Assembly: GCA_050010515.1 (NCBI GenBank)
Contig: JBEKKX010000001.1
Span: 53,552 to 117,551 of the forward strand
DNA: 64,000 nucleotides
Direction of reading: 5' to 3'
From: Candidatus Bathyarchaeia archaeon
Lineage (GTDB): Archaea; Thermoproteota; Bathyarchaeia; Bathyarchaeales; Bathycorpusculaceae
Of this stretch, positions 17,608-26,754 are shown one piece after another. The position numbers and the translations under genes are program-made. Below the pieces are notes generated by a model, which was not told the DNA's origin, did not search any database, and was given only the letters and a program-made list of their open reading frames with translations. The stretch's first letter is position 1. Each line of letters opens with the position of its first letter.

Positions 17608-18606
17608 ATGAACGCAACTGACGAGGGAATGCTTAGTCAAGCACTGAAAGTTGAGGAAGTCGATGCTGTTGAGATACTTAGTCTAGTTGACAATTCAGCC
17701 GATTATCTTTCCTCGATCGACAAAAATGAGGTCCAGACTTTCAGACAATGGATGAAAGAACGCCATAAGAATGAAGTGGCAACAAACTAATCCCAACTTC
17801 CTATTGCTGAACACGGATTTGCAATGCTTATTCGCGTTCTGATTAAAGGAAAATTAAGAACCGTGTTGTTTGATACAGGCAGCAGTTCCGACGGAGCCGT
17901 TACAAATGCAGAGCGAATGGACTTGGACCTAAATGAAGTAGACTGCATTGTCTTGTCTCACGGACATTATGATCATTTTGGTAGACTTCTGTCTGTCTTG
18001 AAGGCAATTAACAAGGTTAACCTGCCTTTAATCATTCACGAGGATATGTTCAAAACGAGAGGAACCGCTAATCAAGACGAAACAATTCGAATTTACCCAA
18101 AGTTTCCAGCAAAAGAACAATTAAGCCCGGCACATCTAATTGGTACAAAGCAGCCCCTTCTAATCGCCGATGATATGATTCTCGTGACCGGCAAGATTCC
18201 TCGTGAAACAACTTTTGAGAGAGGGTATTTGTCTCACAGAGTTCTCGTAAACGGATCATGGCAACCTGATCCGTGCATTTTGGATGATCGTGCAGTTATT
18301 GTTAACGTTAAAGGAAAGGGTTTAGTTGTCATCTCTGGTTGCGCTCATTCAGGTATAATTAACACAATAACCTATGCGCAACAAATCACCGGAATCACAA
18401 CCATCTGCGCAGTATTGGGGGGCTTTCACCTAGCGGGCAGGGAAAACGAGAACAGAATCGAGCCGACCATGAAAGAACTGAAACGGATAAACCCTCAGCT
18501 AATAGCGCCTTCGCACTGCACTGGCTGGAGAGGAATGTGCGCAATAGCCAATGTAATGCCAAATGCCTCAGTATGGAATAGTGTGGGGAACCTCTATAAA
18601 TTTTGA
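17608..18606 (+). pseudogene. Metallo-beta-lactamase-fold hydrolase (MJ0301/pterin-biosynthesis-like family) interrupted by an in-frame TAA at 17788-17790
   Basis: ORFs 17608-17790 and 17824-18606 share a frame; AEHGF lies between them; DTG, SHGHYDH, SGCAH, GGFHL and HCTG motifs. Confidence 0.75.
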
Positions 18607-18713
18607 CAGCACCCTCATTTAAAAGGAGCCGCTCTTCGCTATGAAGAGTTAATTGGAAAACTCCTGTTTTGGTTTGCATGTTGGAGCAGGTATTCATTGA
18701 AAAAAGACTGCAC

Positions 18714-18863
18714 CTACAAGTAGCCTAAGTTTTTCATTATCGTTTTCACTGAAACATACGCCTCGTTATCGGATGGCAAGTCAAGCAGTGACTGCCCATT
18801 AAGAACGTGCTCGTCCAGTTGCTCATCAGCAGCCATCTTGCTCAATACTTAAACTTCAAAGTT
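18714..18863 (-). pseudogene. Relic of a cooC-type gene 3' end
   Basis: Translates to LSKMAADEQLDEHVLNGQSLLDLPSDNEAYVSVKTIMKNLGYL*; 30/43 identical by manual alignment to the C-terminus of 22254-23039; 1-nt frameshift upstream (LKFKY). Confidence 0.85.
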
Positions 18864-18957
18864 CGCGTCCGAAATAAAAATCCATTCGTCAATGTGCCCA
18901 GCCGTTTCTCGCGCAGCGCTCTAAATTCGAAAAGCTCTTATAGCACTTATAGATGCA

Positions 18958-18975
18958 TACCTACCTAGGTAGGTA
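18958..18975. promoter_or_regulatory. Perfect 18-bp palindrome TACCTACCTAGGTAGGTA between TATA-like elements and the ATG at 18985
   Basis: Read directly from the sequence; built from TAGG/CCTA units. Confidence 0.55.
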
Positions 18976-18984
18976 GGTAGTAAA

Positions 18985-19632
18985 ATGGTATTGCTCATAT
19001 GTCAACATTGTGGCTATAAATGGGATTACCAAGGCGAGAACGAGCATTATGCCACCTGCCCTACATGCCGTTACAAGGTCAGGATCCCTGAAGAAAAAGC
19101 TCAAATGTTACGTCGAAAAGGGTTGGATATGGAGTTAAAAAGCAAATTCTCATTAAAAGAGCAACCTGTAAAATTGCGTGGTATTGCTGGAATAGTGAAT
19201 AAGACAATAGAGGACTACCAACACGACAAAAGCATGTTAATTCAAATCCTTTTGAGATTGCAAAAGAATTTCGGGTGGCTTCCGATGGAAATGCTATTAG
19301 AAGTAAGCAAACAGCTGGGAATACCTATCAATCAAGTATACCAAGTCGCAACCTTTTACAAAGTCTTCTCTCTCAGTCCTCGAGGGAGACATCTAATAAG
19401 GGTTTGCACGGGAACTTCCTGTAAAGTGAGAGGTGCGCCAACAATCCTTGAGAAGTTACAGAGCTTTCTCGGCATAGATACGGGTGAAGTCACCGCAGAC
19501 GGCAGATTCAGTCTTGAAACAGTTAACTGTGTAGGCGGTTGCGCTCTCGGCCCAATGATGACTATTGACGGCGAATACTATGGAAACTTAAAGTTGCTCA
19601 CCGTGAAAAGAATTCTATCTAAATACACGTAG
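18985..19632 (+). CDS. NuoE/HydC-like [2Fe-2S] subunit fused to an N-terminal Zn-ribbon
   Basis: CQHCGYKW...CPTCRYKV; VATFY, VCTGTSC, VNCVGGCALGP. Confidence 0.9.
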   Translation: MVLLICQHCGYKWDYQGENEHYATCPTCRYKVRIPEEKAQMLRRKGLDMELKSKFSLKEQPVKLRGIAGIVNKTIEDYQHDKSMLIQILLRLQKNFGWLPMEMLLEVSKQLGIPINQVYQVATFYKVFSLSPRGRHLIRVCTGTSCKVRGAPTILEKLQSFLGIDTGEVTADGRFSLETVNCVGGCALGPMMTIDGEYYGNLKLLTVKRILSKYT

Positions 19633-19645
19633 CAGGTGAATAAAC

Positions 19646-21574
19646 ATGGAAACCGTTAAGTGTATACGATCACCTAAAGACCTCGAAAAGCTTCGCGAAG
19701 AAATCAAGTCCAAGAGAAAACCGAGTAAATCCAGCGTTTCGGTTTGTGTTAGCACAGGCTGTGTTGCGCTTGACGCTCCGAAGGTTAAGGAAGCTTTCAT
19801 AGCCGAACTGGAGAAGCAAGGACTAAAAGATCAAGTGGAAATTAAGGAAACAGGATGCTTGGGTTTCTGTGAACAGGGACCAAGGGTAACGATCTACCCA
19901 GAGGAAATCTGTTATTTTAAGGTTAAGCCTGAAGATGTCCCGGAAATTGTTTCTAAAAGCATTCTTGAAAAGAAAGTTGTGGAACGGTTGCTATACAAAG
20001 ACCCAGCCACGGGTAAAGGAGTGCAGAAGCTTGAGGACATACCCTTCTACAAATACCAGCTTAGATTGCTTCTGGAAAATAACGCGAAAATAGACCCAAA
20101 GAATATCGAAGATTACATTGCTCTAGGGGGATACAGCGCCCTTGCCAAAGCCCTCTTCGAAATGACGCCTGAACAGGTGGTTGAGGAAGTTAAAAAGTCA
20201 AAACTGCGGGGAAGGGGTGGAGGAGGATTCCTAACGGGGTTAAAGTGGGAAACCACGCGGAACGCACCTGGCGAGCCTAAGTATGCCATCGTTAACTGTG
20301 ATGAAGGAGACCCAGGAGCATTTATGGATAGATCTCTGATGGAAGGCAATCCTCATAGTGTGCTTGAAGGTCTCATAATAGGCGCGTATGCCATTGGAGC
20401 CACTGAAGGCTTTGTTTACGTTAGGGAAGAGTATCCTATAGCTGTAGAAAACATATCCACAGCTATAAAGCAGGCTGAAGAATACGGGTTGCTCGGCAAA
20501 GACATTATTGGCTCAAGTCTAAGCTTTAAGGTTAAGGTTCACAAGGGTGCAGGAGCTTTTGTCTCAGGAGAATCTAGCGCTCTTATGACAGCAATCGAGG
20601 GGAAGGTTGGTGAACCCAGACCCAAATACGTTCACACGGCAGTTAAAGGCCTTTGGGATAAGCCTAGCCTCCTCAACAACGTTAAGACGTGGGCTAGCGT
20701 CCCTCTAATAGTCCTTAAAGGCGCTGAGTGGTTTAGGAGCATAGGAACCCAAGGCAACAGCGGAACTATGATCTTCTCCCTCGTTGGGAAAGTTAATAAC
20801 ACAGGTTTAGTTGAGGTGCCTATGGGAATAACTCTTCGGGATTTAATCTTTAAGATAGGTGGAGGCATTAGAGACGGCAAGAAGTTTAAAGCTGTTCAGA
20901 TCGGAGGGCCGTCTGGAGGCTTCATCCCAGAGCAACTCCTCGATATTCCAGTAGACTACGATGAACTTGTAAAAGTTGGCTCAATGATGGGCTCTGGAGG
21001 CATGGTAGTCATGGACGAAGACACCTGCATGGTAGATGTGGCTAGATATTTTGTCGATTTCCTCCTCGAGGAATCCTGCGGAAAATGTATCCCCTGTCGT
21101 GAAGGTTTGAGAGTGCTCTCCAGCATTCTAAGCGATATCTGCGCTGGCAAAGGGAAAAGTGAGGACATACAGACAACTGAAGAGATAGCTGAAACAATGA
21201 GGGAGACTTTACTCTGCGCATTGGGCAGAACCGCAGCAAATCCTGTCCTCACATCTCTGAAGTATTTCAGAGACGAATGGGAACAGCACATAATAGAGAA
21301 ACGTTGCCCAGCTAACGCTTGCAAAGCTCTGATAGATTTTTACATAAATCCAGAGAAATGTCAAGCTTGCCTCCTTTGCTTAAAGGAATGCCCAGCAGGA
21401 GCTATTCAAGGCGACAAGGATCAGGTTCATTGGATTGATCAAGAAAAATGCATAAAATGTGGGACATGCTATGAAATTTGCAATTTCCATGCGGTAAAAA
21501 AGCTTTCGGGAGAGCCTATTCCACCTCCACCAGAAGGAATGAAACCAATTCGAAAATTGAAAGGAGAGAACTAG
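19646..21574 (+). CDS. NuoF/HydB-like NADH/FMN-binding subunit, long bifurcating-type architecture
   Basis: N-terminal Trx-like 2Fe-2S (CVSTGC, GCLGFC), LRGRGGGGF, NCDEGDPGAFMDR, ESCGKCIPCREG, two C-terminal [4Fe-4S] motifs. Confidence 0.92.
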   Translation: METVKCIRSPKDLEKLREEIKSKRKPSKSSVSVCVSTGCVALDAPKVKEAFIAELEKQGLKDQVEIKETGCLGFCEQGPRVTIYPEEICYFKVKPEDVPEIVSKSILEKKVVERLLYKDPATGKGVQKLEDIPFYKYQLRLLLENNAKIDPKNIEDYIALGGYSALAKALFEMTPEQVVEEVKKSKLRGRGGGGFLTGLKWETTRNAPGEPKYAIVNCDEGDPGAFMDRSLMEGNPHSVLEGLIIGAYAIGATEGFVYVREEYPIAVENISTAIKQAEEYGLLGKDIIGSSLSFKVKVHKGAGAFVSGESSALMTAIEGKVGEPRPKYVHTAVKGLWDKPSLLNNVKTWASVPLIVLKGAEWFRSIGTQGNSGTMIFSLVGKVNNTGLVEVPMGITLRDLIFKIGGGIRDGKKFKAVQIGGPSGGFIPEQLLDIPVDYDELVKVGSMMGSGGMVVMDEDTCMVDVARYFVDFLLEESCGKCIPCREGLRVLSSILSDICAGKGKSEDIQTTEEIAETMRETLLCALGRTAANPVLTSLKYFRDEWEQHIIEKRCPANACKALIDFYINPEKCQACLLCLKECPAGAIQGDKDQVHWIDQEKCIKCGTCYEICNFHAVKKLSGEPIPPPPEGMKPIRKLKGEN

Positions 21575-21575
21575 A

Positions 21576-22202
21576 ATGAAGAAAGTCATTACTTTACAGA
21601 TTGATGATAAAGAGGTTAAGGCAGAGGAAGGAAAAACCATTTTAGAGGCAGCGCAACATGCAGGTATGGAAATCCCAACCCTATGCTGGTATGAAGGACT
21701 GGAACCCTACGGTGCCTGTCGATTTTGCAGTGTAGAAATCGAAAAAAAAGGAAGGGCTCAAGTGGTAGCTTCATGTTGCTATCCAGCGGAGGAGGGGTTA
21801 AAGGTAAAAACCAGATCTCCCAAAATCGTTAAAATAAGAAAGACCATACTAGAATTAGCTGCCACATCTGCGGGAGAAGATGTCAGTAGCAAAATGAGGG
21901 CGTTGGCCAGCGAATATAACGCGGATTTATCTCGATTCAGGTCAAACGCACCATTGTCCCCAACAAAATGCATCCTTTGCGGACTATGTGTACGTCGTTG
22001 TATTGAAGCAAATTGGGAAAGCGCTATAGGATTCACTGGTAGAGGAATATACCGATGCATTGCACTTTTCCCAGAAAAGGCAGGCCTCTGCTCGACATGT
22101 AGTTATTGCCGTGACGTATGCCCCACTGGCAGAACTTGTTCCACATTTGGTCCTCGTCCTCCTTTCCCTCGAATTAACGATGTCCTCGCAGGGAGAAAAT
22201 GA
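21576..22202 (+). CDS. NuoG/HydA N-terminal-like Fe-S subunit (2Fe-2S plus 2x4Fe-4S) without a catalytic domain
   Basis: IPTLC...GACRFC...ASC; CILCGLCVRRC; CSTCSYCRDVCP; only 208 aa. Confidence 0.85.
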   Translation: MKKVITLQIDDKEVKAEEGKTILEAAQHAGMEIPTLCWYEGLEPYGACRFCSVEIEKKGRAQVVASCCYPAEEGLKVKTRSPKIVKIRKTILELAATSAGEDVSSKMRALASEYNADLSRFRSNAPLSPTKCILCGLCVRRCIEANWESAIGFTGRGIYRCIALFPEKAGLCSTCSYCRDVCPTGRTCSTFGPRPPFPRINDVLAGRK

Positions 22203-22253
22203 AGCATGAAACCTCTCGGGCTACATCAATCATGGTCAGCCTGACCTTCAATT

Positions 22254-23039
22254 TTATTGATGTATGTAACCCGTTGCCCTCATTATCGCTTTAACAGAAA
22301 GATACGCGGCGTTGTCAGAAGGCAAGTCAAGCAGCGACTTCCCGTTAAGAACATAATCATCTAACTGTTCATCCTCAGCGATTTTTCCCAAAAACTTGAA
22401 CTTCAAATCAGCTTCAGCCTGTTTGCCTAGTTCTAGTGGAAAACGGTAGCCGCCTATCAAATAGAAGTTATCAAACTTCATGTCAACTTCTTTAGTTATT
22501 CTGACAGCTCGTTTCACATGGTCAAAAGATTTCTTTGAATGATCAAGAATATCGAATATATCGTTAACATTCGAAGTAATACGCCTATTCAGGTTTTCAA
22601 GTCCGGCTGGAGAGTCAATAAGTATGTACATGTAATTTTTAGTTAACGATTCTAAAGCACCTTTTAACGCAGCGTTTGGCATGCAATAGCAACCTTCAAC
22701 CCATTTAGTGCCGACTGCAAGGAAGTCAAAATTTTTACTTTCATACAAGCCATTTTCCCAAATCCTGCTTTCAATACGCTCTGTTGGAGGAACGCCGACT
22801 GTGGTGCCTCCTTGCTCAATGAACGTGCTGACAAGCAACTCTGAAATGGTTGATTTTCCAGCCTCTTTAAGGTCTATTCCAAGCATTTCAGCAAGATTCT
22901 GGTCAGGGTCAGCATCAACCAGCAGCAAAGGCGCTTGCCCAGCTTCGATAAAGGATTTAGTCATTAGAGCCGTGAAACTGGATTTTCCTGTTCCGCCACG
23001 ACCAATAGTTACCAGAGTTTTCATTTTGGTAAACCTCAA
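22254..23039 (-). CDS. cooC: CooC/AcsF-type Ni-insertion ATPase (paralog 1; likely ATG at 23024)
   Basis: GRGGTGKS, DADPDQNL, GCYC, IDSPAGLE. Confidence 0.82.
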   Translation of the reverse strand: MRFTKMKTLVTIGRGGTGKSSFTALMTKSFIEAGQAPLLLVDADPDQNLAEMLGIDLKEAGKSTISELLVSTFIEQGGTTVGVPPTERIESRIWENGLYESKNFDFLAVGTKWVEGCYCMPNAALKGALESLTKNYMYILIDSPAGLENLNRRITSNVNDIFDILDHSKKSFDHVKRAVRITKEVDMKFDNFYLIGGYRFPLELGKQAEADLKFKFLGKIAEDEQLDDYVLNGKSLLDLPSDNAAYLSVKAIMRATGYIHQ

Positions 23040-23824
23040 GATGCTATTGCTTTTTTCTTAAGCAAAAGCTCGCATATATTATCTATGGTTTTAACTGCTG
23101 AGATTTCCTTGTTTTTAAGGGGCGTTTCACCAAGCATATCAGCTTCGACAATTTTCTGGTCAAAGGGCACAAAGGTGAGCAGGGACAAACCGTTTTTTTC
23201 AGCAAAACTGCGTATAGCTTCCCTCTGAACATCGTTCATGACCCTGTTTCCTATGAGGTAGAGTTGCTTCATCCCAGCGGCTTTAGCCATGTCATGTATA
23301 TGCTTGGCGATTTCCAGCGATTTCAAGTTTGAATCAGCAACAATGAGCAATGCATCCACTTGTCTGGCTGTGCCTCTGCCAATATTCTCAACGCCAGCCT
23401 CCAAATCCAAAACAACCGCCTCGTCACGTTCCACAACCAGATGTCTAAGCAAAGCGCGGATGACAGCGTTTGGAGCACACATGCATCCTGCACCCATCGA
23501 ATGCACTGTACCCATAACAATCAAATTCACGCCAAGCGGAGTGCTGACCGAGTAGTCACGGACGATGTCGTCAACGGTGAATTGTAAACGGTAAACTCCA
23601 GAGTAACCAGTGCTTGTTTTAGATTCAACAAGAACCTTATTCTCTGAAATAGGCACAATTTTGCGACTTTCCTCAGTGGATAAGCCTAAAGTCAAACCGA
23701 GATTTGGAGAGGAATCTGCATCAATCGCTATAGTTTTCAATCCACGCTCAGCAAAACCGCGGGCTAGGCCGCCTGCAATCAGGGTTTTACCGACACCGCC
23801 TTTACCAGAAACAGCAACTTTCAT
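23036..23824 (-). CDS. cooC: CooC/AcsF-type Ni-insertion ATPase (paralog 2)
   Basis: SGKGGVGKT, DADSSPNL, GAGCMC, DLEAGVE. Confidence 0.9.
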   Translation of the reverse strand: MKVAVSGKGGVGKTLIAGGLARGFAERGLKTIAIDADSSPNLGLTLGLSTEESRKIVPISENKVLVESKTSTGYSGVYRLQFTVDDIVRDYSVSTPLGVNLIVMGTVHSMGAGCMCAPNAVIRALLRHLVVERDEAVVLDLEAGVENIGRGTARQVDALLIVADSNLKSLEIAKHIHDMAKAAGMKQLYLIGNRVMNDVQREAIRSFAEKNGLSLLTFVPFDQKIVEADMLGETPLKNKEISAVKTIDNICELLLKKKAIAS

Positions 23825-23915
23825 GATCCCACAGCTAAAACAATTCCCGCTCTAAGGTTAATTTACGTTTCCTTGCAAATTGAGAGAGAATGAAAACACT
23901 TAACCAAGGAACGCT

Positions 23916-24380
23916 CTACTGCTTTTGTTCAAGCAAAGTTCTTCTGGGAAGAAAGCCAAACCGTGAATAAAACCCGTAAGCCTGCTCGTTGCCAACAGCG
24001 ACTGAAACAATCTTCTTTTTCACCCCTTTACTGTTTAACCACTCCAGCGCTTTTTCCATTAATGCTCTGCCGATGCCCTGCCCCCTATATTGTGGATTGA
24101 CAAAAATGGAATCAATCTCACCCGTCACCAAGTTATCAATGCTGCTTACGCAGTACCCGATGAGCTTACCTGAAGAATCCAAAGCAAGATCAACTCTGAC
24201 GTCTCCGCCCAAAGATCTCTGCAAAATAGCTCGCTTCCTATCTTGAAACGTCAAAGTTAGATAGTAGTCTTTGAAATAGGGCGACAAGCTGAGATGTTGC
24301 TGGTTCAACTCTTCCCATAGTGGCTTAATTCTATCTATCAAGCTTACGTTTCCAGAAATATAAGTAGTGTTAACCATCAA
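23916..24380 (-). CDS. GNAT-family N-acetyltransferase
   Basis: IFVNPQYRGQGIGRAL acetyl-CoA motif A; GN..AYGFYSRFGF. Confidence 0.9.
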   Translation of the reverse strand: MMVNTTYISGNVSLIDRIKPLWEELNQQHLSLSPYFKDYYLTLTFQDRKRAILQRSLGGDVRVDLALDSSGKLIGYCVSSIDNLVTGEIDSIFVNPQYRGQGIGRALMEKALEWLNSKGVKKKIVSVAVGNEQAYGFYSRFGFLPRRTLLEQKQ

Positions 24381-24713
24381 ATACCCCGCATTTGTAGATA
24401 AGCATGTTTTCAGCCTTCTGGATAAAAAATTTTACTAAATAAATGATCTTAAATCCAAATTAAACCACTACAAAAAACGGAGGACCATTTTTTTCATTAC
24501 TCAAAACAGGAACGGACGTATAGCACCAGCCTCCTCCTTTGCGTAGTTCTGCTTTCACACTGTCAGCTGTGCGATTTTACCTTAGCGCAAAATTTTTTCT
24601 TTAGTTTGTGCTTCCCATGAGCGCAAAAGAATAGTCGTCATAGAGCAAAGATGAAACTTTCAAGATTGCTAGCATTTAATGTTTATATATAATTGGTCGA
24701 TTATGCTACCGCC

Positions 24714-25775
24714 ATGAGCTCCAAAAAATTTGGCTTTGAGGACTCCCTTTTAACTGAAGTTGTTCAAACCGGAAAATGTGCAAGTTGCGGCACGTGCGTC
24801 GTCGTCTGCCCATTCGGTAGCCTTGAACTTGCCAAGGGAAAACCCAATTTGGTGAAAGAATGCAAGGTCTGCGGCATATGCGCTCAAGCCTGCCCCAGAT
24901 ACAGTTGGGATGTGGCGAAAGCAGAGAACTTTGTTTTCGGCAGGGTAAGAAAACCTGAAGAGGAATTCGGAGTTTTCCGCAGAATAGCTATAGCCCAAGC
25001 AAAACCCAGTGACATTCAGAAGGTTCGCCAAGACGGAGGAGCTGCCACCGCAATGCTGGTAGCTGCTCTGCAGAACGGACTAATCGACGGAGCCGTCGTT
25101 TCAGGAAAAAGCCAAGAAAAACCCTTCCTTCCGGTCCCGATTCTCGCCACGACGCCTCAGAAAATCGTCGAGGCAGCAGGGACAAAATACTCCTTTTCCT
25201 CTGCGCTTCTCGGCTTGCCCGAAGTGATTAGGCAGAAAAAGACTCAAATCGCGTTCGTAGGTACACCCTGCCAAATTCACGCGGTAAGAAAGATGCAGAT
25301 GACCGGCGTGAAAAAGTTCAGTGCGCCAATCAAGTACCTTGTGGGGCTCATGTGTTCAGAATGCTTCGATTACGAAGGGCTCATGGAAACCCACATAAAA
25401 GGCAAACTCGGCATTAACCTGAACGATATTACAAAAATGAACATTAAAGGAAAAATGCTCGTAACGACGTCCGCAGGAATTACAGCTATTCCCCTTGCAG
25501 ACATAAAACCGTACGTTAGAAAAAGCTGCAGCGTATGCGAAGACTTCAGCTCCGAACTCGCAGACATCTCAGTCGGCGGACTGGGACTTGACGGCTGGAC
25601 ATTCACGATTATCCGAACAGAAAAAGGCGAAGAACTATTTACAAACGCCGAAAAAACAGGATTCTTGGAATCAAAGCCGCTGGAGCAAGGAGCCTTCTCG
25701 AAGGGGTTACTGCTTAAGCTTTCAAAGAAAAAACGCGATACAGCCGCAGCCGCTCAAGCTCAGCCAAAGCAATAA
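24714..25775 (+). CDS. FrhB/FdhB/FpoF-family F420-binding flavoprotein with an N-terminal 2x[4Fe-4S] domain (ORF track starts at 24693)
   Basis: CASCGTC...CP, CKVCGICAQACP; QDGGAAT, AGTKY, VGTPCQ, GLMCSE, CSVCEDF, ADISVGG. Confidence 0.9.
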   Translation: MSSKKFGFEDSLLTEVVQTGKCASCGTCVVVCPFGSLELAKGKPNLVKECKVCGICAQACPRYSWDVAKAENFVFGRVRKPEEEFGVFRRIAIAQAKPSDIQKVRQDGGAATAMLVAALQNGLIDGAVVSGKSQEKPFLPVPILATTPQKIVEAAGTKYSFSSALLGLPEVIRQKKTQIAFVGTPCQIHAVRKMQMTGVKKFSAPIKYLVGLMCSECFDYEGLMETHIKGKLGINLNDITKMNIKGKMLVTTSAGITAIPLADIKPYVRKSCSVCEDFSSELADISVGGLGLDGWTFTIIRTEKGEELFTNAEKTGFLESKPLEQGAFSKGLLLKLSKKKRDTAAAAQAQPKQ

Positions 25776-25887
25776 ACATCGAAAATTTCAAGAAGCTTCC
25801 TTTTTCCTCGCATCTTTAAGGACCTTTTACGTTTAGCGCGTATATAATCGGGCGTATATCATGATTCTGACCACGTGACTGCTGGGT

Positions 25888-26538
25888 TCAGTGGCGATTG
25901 CCTATCTTGAATTGCTCTAGAACTCTTCGACAAGCAGTGTTGCCTTCTGTTTTGAACAGTTTGTCTAAGTCTTCGACAGAATCTATGTCCGTAGCCACGC
26001 CTGTTGAATGATGAAGCTTCAAGCAGACTCCTCTTCTGTGTGCCTCTTTGACGTGCTTTGCGAAGCTTCTTGGTCCAAAACACGCCTGAATCAAGTTCGG
26101 TGGACTCTGAAAAAGAGCGTTCGTGCCACCATCGTAAGAGCGAGACAATACTACGGTTTGCTCTTCGCAGTTTCCTAACTCAACTATCTTGTCCACATCC
26201 ATGGAAGACAGCAACGGGATGTCGGCTGGCAGTATGAGCACGGCTTCTGCCCCATTCTGCATGCACCATTCAGTCGCCTCTTCGACCGCGGGGTTCAGAC
26301 CACTGGTTTTCTGGACAAGGTGTGTAGCACGATATTTGTTTGTAAAATTCCTCAGTGAAAAATCGTTGCTAACGACGACAATTTCGTTAACAGTCGAGGT
26401 CTGCAGTGCATTTAAAACGTCTTCCAGCATAGCCAGCGTCAATTGTCTACGTTCCTGCGGACTTAGAACTGAAGAAAGACGCTTCTTTGAGGTGCCTAAG
26501 CCCTTGACGATTACAACCGCGTAAACAAACATGTCCAA
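25888..26538 (-). CDS. cofC: 2-phospho-L-lactate (PEP) guanylyltransferase
   Basis: VK....SKKRLSSVLSPQER, GLNPA, PADIPL, GGTN, DIDSVEDL. Confidence 0.92.
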   Translation of the reverse strand: MDMFVYAVVIVKGLGTSKKRLSSVLSPQERRQLTLAMLEDVLNALQTSTVNEIVVVSNDFSLRNFTNKYRATHLVQKTSGLNPAVEEATEWCMQNGAEAVLILPADIPLLSSMDVDKIVELGNCEEQTVVLSRSYDGGTNALFQSPPNLIQACFGPRSFAKHVKEAHRRGVCLKLHHSTGVATDIDSVEDLDKLFKTEGNTACRRVLEQFKIGNRH

Positions 26539-26754
26539 GCCGCCAGATACGTTGCATCGTGGACAACGAAGCTGGTATTATTGAATTGTTTGTTGTAGCC
26601 TAAAAATTTTTAGATGTACGCCTTAAAGGCTCAAAGTCAACATGTATGTTAACGCAAAATAATTTGTCTTCATTTTATATAGAGCAAACCAGCTTGGTAT
26701 GCAAAAGATTTTTTAATCCAAACCTAGTTAGGCTTTAGCCGAGATGACATCTCT

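Noticed and set aside
17788-17790. Selenocysteine or pyrrolysine read-through in the MBL gene
   Set aside because: The stop is TAA, not TGA or TAG, and the position is not a catalytic residue
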